From Nanobdellota archaeon (GTDB lineage: Archaea > Nanobdellota > Nanobdellia > Parvarchaeales > Parvarchaeaceae): DNA of 64,000 nucleotides. Every line of letters starts with the position of its first letter. Positions within the stretch are counted from its first letter, which is position 1. A program made the position numbers and the translations under genes. The stretch lies in assembly GCA_021807085.1 (NCBI GenBank), contig JAKAPM010000003.1, forward strand, positions 2,014-66,013, read 5' to 3'. Positions 45,991 through 55,414 of the stretch are shown piece by piece. The notes beneath the pieces were generated by a model, which was not told where the DNA came from, did no database searches, and saw nothing but the letters and a program-made list of their open reading frames with translations.

Positions 45991-47139
45991 TCAGCGCCTC
46001 TGCTCGATTGGGATATACTCCAGGTCAGTCTTGCCTGTGTACTCTTCCAAGGGTCTGAACAGTTTATTATCCTTCCAGTATTCTATGACATGTGCGCACC
46101 ACCCAACGGTTCTGCTCGAGCTGAAAACTGTGTCGAACATCTCCGGCTTTATCCCCATGTGCATATACAGAGGGCCAGCAAAAAAATCGACGTTCGGCCA
46201 TATGCCGTGGCTTTTTCCCAACCGCTCTATCATTATCTTCTCCGCCGTCAGTGCTATCCTGACAAGCTTGTTTATGTCTTCTTCATCGTTACCGTCTATC
46301 TCGTCTAGGTATCTCTTGAGTATCTTCGCCCGTGGATCGTAAGCTTTGTATACCCTGTGTCCGAATCCCATTATCTTCTTTTTGCCTGCGAGTGCCTCGT
46401 CTATGTATTTCTCCGTGTTTGCAGGGTCGCCTATGCTCTCCATCATTCTGACAGCAGCTTCGTCTGCTCCTCCATGCAGTGGCCCCTTGAGAGTGGCTTC
46501 TCCAGCTACGACAGCGGAATATATATCTGCTAGCGTCGAACACGCCACTAGTGCGCCGAAAGTCGACGCGTTAGAGCTGTGTTCTGCGTGGAGTATAAAC
46601 ATAACATCAATCAGCTTTGTCTTTTCTCTATCCGGCTTGTTCCCAGTCAGCATATACAGGAAGTTTTCGGAATGGTCCAACGAGTTGTCTGGCTGTATAA
46701 TCTCTTTTCCTTTCTTTGTTCTGCCTATTGCGGCCGAAATCGTTGCGGTCTTTGCTATTATCCTTATTGCCTTCTCTATGTTGACACTTTCGTCTGCGCT
46801 GTATGGCTCCGGATCGTCGGCGGATATCGCCGACATGGCAGTTCTAAGAGTGTCCAGGACGTGGGCTTTAGCCGCCATATTTTTTATTATCTCCAGCACT
46901 TCTTTAGAGAGAGTACGCTCTCTTTTCAGTTTTTCCGAAAATTCTTCCAGCTCTTTTTTTTTCGGTAACTTGTTGTACAGTATCAAGTAACAAACTTCTT
47001 CGTACGTGGACTTTTCGGCCAGATCCTCTATGCAGTATCCCCTGTAGTAGAGCTTACCTTTCTCTCCATCAACCTTGCATATAGAGGATTTCTCTATGTA
47101 CACCCCTTCTAATCCAGAGTGTATCATGTTCCCACTCAT
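45991..47139 (-). CDS. gltA: Citrate synthase
   Basis: 382 aa. Signature GFGHRVYK and catalytic His/Asp regions (LHGGADE). Confidence 0.9.
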   Translation of the reverse strand: MSGNMIHSGLEGVYIEKSSICKVDGEKGKLYYRGYCIEDLAEKSTYEEVCYLILYNKLPKKKELEEFSEKLKRERTLSKEVLEIIKNMAAKAHVLDTLRTAMSAISADDPEPYSADESVNIEKAIRIIAKTATISAAIGRTKKGKEIIQPDNSLDHSENFLYMLTGNKPDREKTKLIDVMFILHAEHSSNASTFGALVACSTLADIYSAVVAGEATLKGPLHGGADEAAVRMMESIGDPANTEKYIDEALAGKKKIMGFGHRVYKAYDPRAKILKRYLDEIDGNDEEDINKLVRIALTAEKIMIERLGKSHGIWPNVDFFAGPLYMHMGIKPEMFDTVFSSSRTVGWCAHVIEYWKDNKLFRPLEEYTGKTDLEYIPIEQRR

Positions 47140-47143
47140 TTAC

Positions 47144-49198
47144 TTACACCTCTAACGATTTCAACAAAAGTTCTATGTCTGTAGTGGACTTACCTTCTTT
47201 GTCAGAAATGTTGAGAGTGAGGGGTGGTTTTATGCCTCTGGCGGAGAGCCGGCTCTCGAAAACATCAGGATCTTCGCATTGGTAGAAGATCCCTGTATGC
47301 ATATTATCCGGATTCTCGCTGAGCAACATCTTAAGCGCTCCTAGCTTCTTATCGTCTACCTCATTCTTATCCGATGGGTTCTTAACCATACCATCATATT
47401 CCTGCGGCAGCGGTTTGAGGTGCTGGTTGAACCACGCGGCGGACGTGAATTCCGGGTTATAAGTAGGACATCCCTGCATTATGTCGACCAGAGCAAGGCC
47501 TTTGTGCTTTATCGCCGCTATCATAACATCTGACATCTCTTTCACCTTGAAGCTCTGCGTCCTCGCAACGAAAGTGTAACCCGCCATTATCGCTAGCGAC
47601 AGGGGATTAAGTGCACCATTTATGTTCGGAGCGGGGAGGGATTTGGTTTTTCTCCCTTCTGGTAGCGTTGGACTTGCCTGGCCTTTCGTGAGCGAGTAAA
47701 CGCCGTTATCGTGCACGAACAATTTTATGTCAACGTTCCTTCTGCCAGCGCTTATGAAATGCCCGACACCTATACCATACGTGTCACCGTCACCACTGTC
47801 TATGAGCACATTTAGATCTGGATTTGCGAGTTTTATCCCCTCTGCAAACGGTATAGCTCTTCCGTGGAGAGTGTGCACGCCGTTGACATTAACAAGATGA
47901 GGCAGCTTGGAGGAACATCCTATCCCGGAAACTATTACTGTCTTGTTGGGATCCAGTCCGGCTTCCACTATCGCGGTCTTAACACCGAGGACTATCCCCG
48001 AGTCACCGCAGTTATGCAGCGTCGCTGAATTGCTTACATAAGAATTTACATCCTCAACTTCGAAGTTGTAAACCGGACCGTTGTAATAGAAACTGTCCAA
48101 GCTTCTTATCCTGAGGTACAAATAACTATCATCTCGGAATGACATAAAGTGCGCTGCATCGGAAATTTTTGCTTCTTCCGATTTTATCCCAAATAATTTT
48201 ATAAGTCCATTGTAGTGGCTGTTTTTTACTTCGATAGAATAAGACTCTTTGTGGATCCCATAAGATTTATTTTTGTATACATACGGAACTATGGACTGCC
48301 TTAGTAAGAGCATCTTTATCTGCTCTTTTAGAACAGGTGAAATTGTCTTGTATCCCGTCCTCAATTTTTGAGTATTGATGAATCCATCACCTCTCCACAA
48401 TCCTACTAGTAGGTGTATCTGCTTTTTCGGGGGCAGCAGCACAAGATTGTGCGGAATTCTTTTCTCCGCAGCGCAGTCACCGAACCATTCCAAAAATATC
48501 TCTGATAGATATGATGAACTTACATGCACTTCTATAGAGCCTTTTTTTGCCGATCTGTCCTTTATAGTAGCAGCCAATCCGAATACTTTGGAGAAAAGTT
48601 TCTTCGCATCTTCAGCGAGTTCTTGTTCAGTTTTTCCAAACGTTAGTACTATCTCTCTTTCATGTACATTTCCTTCTGCTATGTAATAGCCTGCCAGTTT
48701 AAGAAAATCGCTGTCAACCTTTATTTCTGCGGGCAGCGATTTGCTTCGTGTATCCTTCTTTTTCTTTTTGTATGCTATCGAAAGTGTATCGATGTCTATT
48801 TCGGCCTTCATCACAGGGTAAGCGACATAGTCCCCAACGTTTAACTTCTCGGCTTCGACCCATTCTGTTTTGATAGAGCCTCTAGCAACGTTCTCTTTTC
48901 TTACAATCAGCGCTGGGTGTTCATTCGTTAGAGTAGTCTCACCGAAGTAGGCAGTATTAAGTCGGTATATCCTTCCTTTGTGTATATGAGTCATGACTTC
49001 GTCTATTCTGTGAAAGTACCCATCGCTTCCAAGAACTTTATCTCCTACTTTAAACGCCTGTATCGCTTTTGCCGAAGGATTTCCTATTATTATATTGTCG
49101 GGGAGCAGGCAGCCAGGACACCAGTCGTTGAATTCGTTCGATGTGAGACTGGACACTGTCGTCTGTTTTTTCAACCGGTCATCGCTTTCAGTAGGCAT
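47144..49198 (-). CDS. korB: 2-oxoacid:ferredoxin oxidoreductase beta subunit (KorB/OorB, TPP-binding) interrupted by an in-frame intein
   Basis: 684 aa precursor. Exteins (29 + 288 aa) rejoin to WCPG/CGDSGIVLG..., the canonical KorB N-terminal CPGCG motif. Also GDGDTYGIG (TPP-binding GDG) and GCPTYNPE. The intein occupies residues 30-396. Confidence 0.85.
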   Translation of the reverse strand: MPTESDDRLKKQTTVSSLTSNEFNDWCPGCLLPDNIIIGNPSAKAIQAFKVGDKVLGSDGYFHRIDEVMTHIHKGRIYRLNTAYFGETTLTNEHPALIVRKENVARGSIKTEWVEAEKLNVGDYVAYPVMKAEIDIDTLSIAYKKKKKDTRSKSLPAEIKVDSDFLKLAGYYIAEGNVHEREIVLTFGKTEQELAEDAKKLFSKVFGLAATIKDRSAKKGSIEVHVSSSYLSEIFLEWFGDCAAEKRIPHNLVLLPPKKQIHLLVGLWRGDGFINTQKLRTGYKTISPVLKEQIKMLLLRQSIVPYVYKNKSYGIHKESYSIEVKNSHYNGLIKLFGIKSEEAKISDAAHFMSFRDDSYLYLRIRSLDSFYYNGPVYNFEVEDVNSYVSNSATLHNCGDSGIVLGVKTAIVEAGLDPNKTVIVSGIGCSSKLPHLVNVNGVHTLHGRAIPFAEGIKLANPDLNVLIDSGDGDTYGIGVGHFISAGRRNVDIKLFVHDNGVYSLTKGQASPTLPEGRKTKSLPAPNINGALNPLSLAIMAGYTFVARTQSFKVKEMSDVMIAAIKHKGLALVDIMQGCPTYNPEFTSAAWFNQHLKPLPQEYDGMVKNPSDKNEVDDKKLGALKMLLSENPDNMHTGIFYQCEDPDVFESRLSARGIKPPLTLNISDKEGKSTTDIELLLKSLEV
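48011..49111 (-). mobile_element. Full-length intein with LAGLIDADG homing-endonuclease domain inside korB
   Basis: 367 aa. Block A CLLPDNIIIG (Cys1); block B LTNEHPAL (TxxH); LAGLIDADG motifs LKLAGYYIAEGNV and LLVGLWRGDGFI; block F/G VYNFEVEDVNSYVSNSATLHN, then the +1 Cys of the extein CGDSG. Codon boundaries were checked by reverse complement: residues 396/397 = N/C at 48013-48008. Confidence 0.85.
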
Positions 49199-51041
49199 TT
49201 AGTATCACCTTATGTTCTCCCTTCTTTATCTTGTCTATAGCGTCGGATACCTCGTCGTATCTTATCAATCTTCCGTTGTACTTTAGTATCTCGTTGGGTA
49301 TCACGAATCCGCTCTCTGATGCGATGTGTTGTTTTAGCTGTGCAGATATGTTCTCTTCTAGGATGACCGTGTTTTTTGCTTTTCTCAAGATATCCGGAAC
49401 TTCTTTCGGCAGCGGATGTATCAGTTTTATCTGGAGTATCGCAACGTTATCTTTGCCATTAATGGCGTCTATAGCCGCGGCGGAAGGGCTACCCCACGTG
49501 ACAAGTAGCAAATCAGCTCCGTCCGTATCGCCGATGATTCTGAATTTTTCTTCTGGTTTTAGTTCGCTGAGTATCTTGTCGTATTTCCCGTTTCTTTTCT
49601 GCATCATCTTTATTCTGTTGTTGGGCTCTTCAGATACATGTCCCCACTCGTCGTGTTCGTCTCCGGTCATCCAGAAAATTGCGTCTGGGTTGCCTGGAAT
49701 TATCCTTGGGGATATATTATCATCTGTAAATTCGAACCTCTTGTAAGAACCGTCCGTTTTGTATATGAGTTTTCCCCTATCGACTCTGTATCTATCCTTT
49801 ATGTCGAGTATTGTCTTCTTGTCCATATTCATGGAGCCTTGCGATATCGCTTTCTCGCCAAGCACAATTACTGGCAACTGATACTTCTCCGCGTAGTTGA
49901 ACGCATTTGCAGTCATCTCTATCGATTCTTCGACGTCTCCAGGCGCTATTATCATCCTACCGAAGTCGCCGTGTCCTTGGTGTACAGCAAACATCAGATC
50001 GCTCTGTTCCGTTCTGGTCGGCTGCCCTGTAGCCGGTGCACCTCTCTGGTGGTCGACAAGCACCACGGGCACCTCGTTCATTCCCGCCCACGTGACTGTT
50101 TCTGCCATCAACGACATGCCTGGTCCCGACGTTGAGCTGGACGCCCTGACTCCAGCTATGCTTGCACCAACCGTCATTGCGAAGACCGCTAGTTCACTCT
50201 CCGGCTGTATCACCCTTATCCCTAGCTCCGGATGCGATTCTATGAATACACTCTCGTCACTGGCCGGTGTTATCGGATAGTATATTTGCATTTTGCACCC
50301 AGCTATGGCCTTCCCTATGGCTGTAGACGTGAAACCCTCCATGTATATCTGTGATTCTTTGCCGGACTTCTCAAGATTCAGGGCCGGCTGCAGACCCCTC
50401 GACTTTATGTGGTTTATCGTCTCGTTCACAACAGCTTCGTTCCTGCCCTTTAAGTAGTCGATGGTGCCCTCTGAAACCGATATGTCCAAATCTATTACGC
50501 TCTTCGGTTTTTTCGCGAACTCGCTTATTATTGCGTCGGCTATCGTGCTTTCATCAAATCCCAAAAGATACGCAGAGGCGGATACGCAGACTATATTCTT
50601 GGCTATCATCACCTCGCTTGTAGGTTTGTCGAATTTCTTCGCGACTTTGCTTATTATAGAATCGAAATCTATGTCCAGGATGGTTATGTCCTTTCTGTCT
50701 ATCCTGCTCTTGTCTACCTTGCTGTCGATTATCAATACGCCCCCCTCCTTTACGTCCCTGACATGGCCTTCATGGACTGTATCGCCTCTTTCGTTCTTCT
50801 CCCCCAGCACCGATTCGCTGTCGGAAAATATTGCCATGTCCACTCTGCTTGGTATGGAAGCTATCTTATTTTCTGAGACTCTGACGGTAAAGAAACTGTG
50901 CATACCCTTTATGTTGGAGAAATATTCCCTGTAGCCGTATATGTTGTAGCCGAACTTCATCATCACTCTTGAGAAAAGGCCGAGAGCTGCGTCGATGCCG
51001 CTACCTTGTTTTCCCCCCGTCATCCAAGTGAGCTCTACCAT
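49188..51041 (-). CDS. korA: 2-oxoacid:ferredoxin oxidoreductase alpha subunit (fused gamma-alpha type)
   Basis: 617 aa, the size and domain order of the Sulfolobus/Thermoplasma-type two-subunit 2-oxoacid:ferredoxin oxidoreductase alpha. Overlaps korB by 11 nt. Confidence 0.8.
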   Translation of the reverse strand: MVELTWMTGGKQGSGIDAALGLFSRVMMKFGYNIYGYREYFSNIKGMHSFFTVRVSENKIASIPSRVDMAIFSDSESVLGEKNERGDTVHEGHVRDVKEGGVLIIDSKVDKSRIDRKDITILDIDFDSIISKVAKKFDKPTSEVMIAKNIVCVSASAYLLGFDESTIADAIISEFAKKPKSVIDLDISVSEGTIDYLKGRNEAVVNETINHIKSRGLQPALNLEKSGKESQIYMEGFTSTAIGKAIAGCKMQIYYPITPASDESVFIESHPELGIRVIQPESELAVFAMTVGASIAGVRASSSTSGPGMSLMAETVTWAGMNEVPVVLVDHQRGAPATGQPTRTEQSDLMFAVHQGHGDFGRMIIAPGDVEESIEMTANAFNYAEKYQLPVIVLGEKAISQGSMNMDKKTILDIKDRYRVDRGKLIYKTDGSYKRFEFTDDNISPRIIPGNPDAIFWMTGDEHDEWGHVSEEPNNRIKMMQKRNGKYDKILSELKPEEKFRIIGDTDGADLLLVTWGSPSAAAIDAINGKDNVAILQIKLIHPLPKEVPDILRKAKNTVILEENISAQLKQHIASESGFVIPNEILKYNGRLIRYDEVSDAIDKIKKGEHKVILNAY

Positions 51042-51060
51042 TATCGTTACGTGACACCGA

Positions 51061-51420
51061 TTATAGATTGTCGTTTATCCATTTCTGCAGCGGCTCTTTC
51101 TGCATAGCGCCGACAATGCTGGATTTTACCTTGCCGCTCTTCATGAGAAGGGTGGTAGGTATCGCTTCCACACCATATTTAGCGGCTATCTCCTGATTTT
51201 CATCTACGTTTATCTTTACTAGCTTTATCTTGTCTTTCATCCCTTCCGACACTTCCTCTATTATCGGCGAGTACCATCGGCAAGGCATGCACCAGGGCGC
51301 CCACAGGTCCACCAGGACGGGAACTTTTGATTCCAGAACTTCGCTCTTGAATTTGTCTTCACCACTGACGTCTACGCTCATATTATTTTTACCCCCGATG
51401 AAAATATGTGAGATCATCAC
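51061..51420 (-). CDS. trx: Thioredoxin
   Basis: 119 aa. Active site WAPWCMPCR (CxxC) and a cis-Pro region (AIPT). An alternative start at Met14 would give ~106 aa. Confidence 0.8.
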   Translation of the reverse strand: MMISHIFIGGKNNMSVDVSGEDKFKSEVLESKVPVLVDLWAPWCMPCRWYSPIIEEVSEGMKDKIKLVKINVDENQEIAAKYGVEAIPTTLLMKSGKVKSSIVGAMQKEPLQKWINDNL

Positions 51421-51585
51421 AATATTCTATGTTTTATATGAACTGATATCTTTTCAGCTATTTAAAATTTCCAGATTTGCTTCGTTTTTAAATCCAGCGT
51501 CCGCTGCGCAAAATTTGCTAGCGAAAAATCGTCTACATAACATAGTTATAAAAGATTTAAATATAACGATCTCATAATCTATACG

Positions 51586-52152
51586 ATGGCGTTCGTAGAT
51601 TCGCTAACAGTGATGCTTCTTCTTACAGGATTCAGTGCCCTCACGCTAGCCTTGTACGTGTTTCTTGCGGCAAGGGGCAAAAAGGATTTCAACGTCCTCA
51701 TCGCACCGGCGTTTATATTCGGTATCTTCGACGCGGTCAGCGGATTCGTAATGTCGTTTACCTGGCCTCTGCCGGGAGCTTACAACATGCTTTTCGGAGA
51801 CCCGTTGCTGGCTCTGGGATTGCTGATGATAGCAGGTGCTTATATGCTCTACAAGAGGATGGACGTCAGGATTCTCTCTATATTCGCCGTTTTCTTGGGC
51901 GTATACATAGCAATAGGGGCGGCTTCAATGTCGACTTTCAACCTGGAGAGCGGATCACATTTCTTGTCCTCGTTCGGATTTTACGTCGTATCGGCTTCGG
52001 CTGCACTGTTTTCGCCTCTCGTATACGCTAATGTTAAGAGGAAGGGAAAATACGCGTACTATTTCCTGTTTGCGCTTCTGATACTGTCGGCTTTCGCAGC
52101 TTTCTTCATAGGGTACACTGGTCTGTACTCGCACCTGCAATCGCCCCCCTAG
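51586..52152 (+). CDS. Polytopic membrane protein, function unknown
   Basis: 188 aa, about 6 TM helices, no catalytic motif recognised. Confidence 0.4.
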   Translation: MAFVDSLTVMLLLTGFSALTLALYVFLAARGKKDFNVLIAPAFIFGIFDAVSGFVMSFTWPLPGAYNMLFGDPLLALGLLMIAGAYMLYKRMDVRILSIFAVFLGVYIAIGAASMSTFNLESGSHFLSSFGFYVVSASAALFSPLVYANVKRKGKYAYYFLFALLILSAFAAFFIGYTGLYSHLQSPP

Positions 52153-52170
52153 AGATTCAATGAATCGTCT

Positions 52171-52878
52171 TCAGCGTCGGTTTGTCCCTTTCTTCTGTGT
52201 AAGTTTGTAAGTGTAGTACATCCATCCGTGCGATTTCACTCTAATCATCTCCCTATGTATAATCTTGGACTCAAACCCGTTTCGGCCTATAAGCAACTCC
52301 AGGTACTTTATATCCCCCTCGCTGCCGTAAAACAGCATGACTCTACCGTTCTTTTCTAGGTGCTTGCCGACGTTCCTGAAGAAAGCGCTTAACGTCCTGA
52401 ACCCTTCATCTGTAACGCTTCTTTCCCGTATATCCCTGGGCTTGTACCAAGCGAATGGGGGGTTGAATATCACGAGGTCGAACTTACCACCCACGTCGCG
52501 GAACAGGTTGCTCTTCACAACTTTAACCCGGTCCGACACGCCGTTTCGCGCGGCATTCTCCCTCGCACACTTTACGGCGAATGGGTTTATGTCCACTGCG
52601 AGTACGCGCCTGGATTTCAAAGCGGCCACAATCGCGTTTATGCCGCTTCCAGTCCCCATGTCGAGTACTTTGTCGTCCGTCTCGGTCTCCTTCAGGATTG
52701 ATTTGCTGAAGCGTTCTGTTATTGCATCTGGAACGAAGACTTCTTTTGGTACTATGAGTTTCCTACCGAGAAAAGTTAGAGATGCTTCCTTTCTGTTCGA
52801 TACTGGAACGTACCATTCGTTCCACAGTGCAAGTCTTCTGCTAGCTTCATCCCTTGACATCATAGGCTTGTAGGTCAT
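52171..52878 (-). CDS. HemK/PrmC-family SAM-dependent methyltransferase (Mtq2-like N5-glutamine methyltransferase candidate)
   Basis: 235 aa. HemK-like substrate-clamp LIVPKEVFVPDAITE, SAM motif I VLDMGTGSGINAI, motif IV VIFNPPF (an NPPY variant). Confidence 0.6.
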   Translation of the reverse strand: MTYKPMMSRDEASRRLALWNEWYVPVSNRKEASLTFLGRKLIVPKEVFVPDAITERFSKSILKETETDDKVLDMGTGSGINAIVAALKSRRVLAVDINPFAVKCARENAARNGVSDRVKVVKSNLFRDVGGKFDLVIFNPPFAWYKPRDIRERSVTDEGFRTLSAFFRNVGKHLEKNGRVMLFYGSEGDIKYLELLIGRNGFESKIIHREMIRVKSHGWMYYTYKLTQKKGTNRR

Positions 52879-52893
52879 GTAATCACATGTAGG

Positions 52894-53829
52894 TTAGGTG
52901 TTAAAATCTGTCTGTGCAACCCGAGGCAGTTTATCTTTCAATGCTTTTGGTATTTCTTCTATACTTTCAGCTACGCAGACTCCCGCCCTCTCGAACGAAC
53001 GTATCTTGCTCTCTGCGGTACCTTCGTTGCCGGTTATTATCGCTCCCGCGTGCCCCATCCTTTTCCCCGGCGGCGCATGCACGCCGGCTATGAAAGCAAC
53101 AGCCGGTTTTGAAAATTCTTTTTCTATCAGTTCAGCCGCTTCCTCCTCCGCAGTACCGCCTATCTCCCCGACCAGCACAACCGCATCAGTGTACTCGTCC
53201 TTTTCGAAAAGTCTAAGAACATCGCTGAATGTCATGCCTGGTATCTTATCTCCTCCCATCCCGACGACAGTACTCTCTCCGAGTCCAGACTTGCTTATCG
53301 CATCGACTACTTCGTAAGTTAGGGTTCCGCTCCTGGATATGACACCTATCCTGCCTTTCTTTAGCACTGTGTTCGGGATAATTCCTATCTTACCCACTCC
53401 CGGGCTGGCTATCCCGGGACAGTTCGGTCCCACAAGTGTTGCACCATTCATCCTCGCGTAGAAGAGCACGTCTAACATGTCATGTGACGGTATATGTTCG
53501 GTTATTATCACTATAAGCCGTATGCCCCCGTCTATTGCCTCTATCACCGCGTCCTTTGCGAACTGTGCAGGAACAAAAACCACAGAGGCATCCGCCCCCG
53601 TTTCATTTACTGCGTTTCTGACGCTGTCATATACCTTAATGCCGTCTATTTCCTCTCCGCCCTTGCCTGGTGTGACCCCCGCGACTATCTTAGTACCCGC
53701 CTCCAGCATCGCTTTCGTGTGGAACAGGCCTTGGTGACCTGTTATGCCCTGTACCAGAACCTTTGTGTCTTTGTCCATTAGTATCCCCATATCACCGCTT
53801 CGACGCTTGGACGGCAGTCCTGATTGCAT
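52894..53829 (-). CDS. sucD: Succinyl-CoA synthetase alpha subunit
   Basis: 311 aa. CoA-binding Rossmann region (VQGITGHQG), phosphohistidine loop SRSGTLTYE, and the GHAGAI catalytic His region. Confidence 0.9.
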   Translation of the reverse strand: MQSGLPSKRRSGDMGILMDKDTKVLVQGITGHQGLFHTKAMLEAGTKIVAGVTPGKGGEEIDGIKVYDSVRNAVNETGADASVVFVPAQFAKDAVIEAIDGGIRLIVIITEHIPSHDMLDVLFYARMNGATLVGPNCPGIASPGVGKIGIIPNTVLKKGRIGVISRSGTLTYEVVDAISKSGLGESTVVGMGGDKIPGMTFSDVLRLFEKDEYTDAVVLVGEIGGTAEEEAAELIEKEFSKPAVAFIAGVHAPPGKRMGHAGAIITGNEGTAESKIRSFERAGVCVAESIEEIPKALKDKLPRVAQTDFNT

Positions 53830-54892
53830 CGCTCATGTTGTCAAATGCTTCTATTCCGCGCGTAGCCAGGATTTTTTTACCTTTATCCGTGTTGAATCCG
53901 CTCAGCCTGACTATTATTTCGAATTTGGGTTTTATCCTGTCCACGGCGTCCACTATGCCCTGCGAAACCGTATCTGCCTTTGTGACGCCAGCGAAAATGT
54001 TTATCAAAAGCACCTTTGGCTTCGAGTCTGAAACCAGCTCCATCGCCTTTGCCACCTTAGAAGGCTCGTCGGTTCCTCCGAGATCCAGGAAATCCCCCGC
54101 TTTTCCCCCCAGTTTTGCTATCATGTCTATCGTTGCCATCGTAAGGCCCGCTCCGTTGGCTACAAGTCCTATATCGCCAGACAGCCTGACGAAAGATATC
54201 CCTTCTCCCGCAGCTTTCTGCTCCAGACGGTTGCTCTTTTTTGCAGGGCTTATGTCCGCGTGCCTGAACAAAGCATCATCGTCTATCGTCACCTTGGAAT
54301 CCAGCGCTATCAGTCCTTTCTTTGACACTCCCAAAGGATTTATCTCCACAAGTTCTGCGTCCTCTTTCGTGTAAAGGCGCCACAGGCTCTCGAGCAGCTC
54401 ATCCAACCGTCCGCGGTTTTTTCCTCCGATGCTTAGAACGGAGGCGATTTCCCGTTTCACGTATTCTGGCACGCCTACGAACGGGTTTAAGGTGTAGGTG
54501 TGGATGTATTCCCTTCCAACTTTTTCTATGCCAGTGCCGCCTTTCTCTGAGACTATTAGCACCGGGGCTCTAGTACTTCTGTCGGTTGACAGGCTCAAGT
54601 AAACTTGTTTATCAGTTTTCTCCGGTTTCTCCAGAATGAATTCAGATGGCTTGAAACCGTTGAAGCTTATCTTTTTCATCGATGTTATCCCTTCCGTCAG
54701 CTCCTTCTTGCTCTTCGCTATGATTACGCCCCCGAGTTCCTTCCTGTGACCCGCGGGCACTTGGGCTTTTAGGAATGCGGGGAAGAACAGGCCCCTCCCC
54801 TTTCCGTTCGCGTCCACGAGTACGCTCTCTGGTACCGGTATGCCGTATTTTCTGAACAGGTTTTTCCCGCAGTACTCTAGAAGATCAACCAT
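53792..54892 (-). CDS. sucC: Succinyl-CoA synthetase beta subunit
   Basis: 366 aa. ATP-grasp N-terminal domain and C-terminal CoA-ligase domain with the [10 protein letters not shown]-type motif ([12 protein letters not shown]). Confidence 0.9.
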   Translation of the reverse strand: MVDLLEYCGKNLFRKYGIPVPESVLVDANGKGRGLFFPAFLKAQVPAGHRKELGGVIIAKSKKELTEGITSMKKISFNGFKPSEFILEKPEKTDKQVYLSLSTDRSTRAPVLIVSEKGGTGIEKVGREYIHTYTLNPFVGVPEYVKREIASVLSIGGKNRGRLDELLESLWRLYTKEDAELVEINPLGVSKKGLIALDSKVTIDDDALFRHADISPAKKSNRLEQKAAGEGISFVRLSGDIGLVANGAGLTMATIDMIAKLGGKAGDFLDLGGTDEPSKVAKAMELVSDSKPKVLLINIFAGVTKADTVSQGIVDAVDRIKPKFEIIVRLSGFNTDKGKKILATRGIEAFDNMSDAIRTAVQASKR

Positions 54893-54913
54893 GATATCTT
54901 TTGTATATATTTA

Positions 54914-55413
54914 CTAATAAACCCTTAGAGTGGACAGAAAAGCAGCCACGTGCAGCGAGCTGTCTATCTTTTTGTCGTCTATCAGCCGTAACACCTCCCG
55001 CACAGGAAAAACCTTCACTTTTATGTTCTCCATGGGTTCGAGCTCCTGTCTGCCCCTCTCAAGACCATTTGCAGCGAATACATAAGCGACTTCATCCGTG
55101 AATCCGGGCGAGGAGTAGAGTTTTGTAACCTTCTTCAGGCTGTGGGCTCTGTAACCAGCCTCTTCCTCGAGTTCTCTTCCGGCGCAGCCCACTGGGTTTT
55201 CCCCCCCTCTACCAAGCCGGCCGGAAACTCCAGCAACCATCTTCCCACCACTGGGCGATACTGTTTTAGCATTATGACCGTCTCTTTATCCAGAAAAGGC
55301 ACGGTTACGGCTACCGGGAGCGAATGCGCCATCTCGACGTTCGCAGTGTGCCCGTTTGGTAGCACCATCTTCCTTTTCTCCACCGCGAATCTTCTCCCTG
55401 AGAATATTTTCAT
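54914..55413 (-). pseudogene. NUDIX hydrolase (ADP-ribose pyrophosphatase-like) disrupted by a -1 frameshift in a G7 homopolymer; possible sequencing error
   Basis: Two overlapping ORFs (55135..55413 and 54914..55240). The Nudix box is split: WLLEFPAGLVEGG in frame A, ENPVGCAGRELEEEAGY in frame B. Adding one G to the run (C7 on the + strand at 55191-55197) restores ...GLVEGGENPVGCAGRELEEEAGY... Confidence 0.6.
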
Positions 55414-55414
55414 G

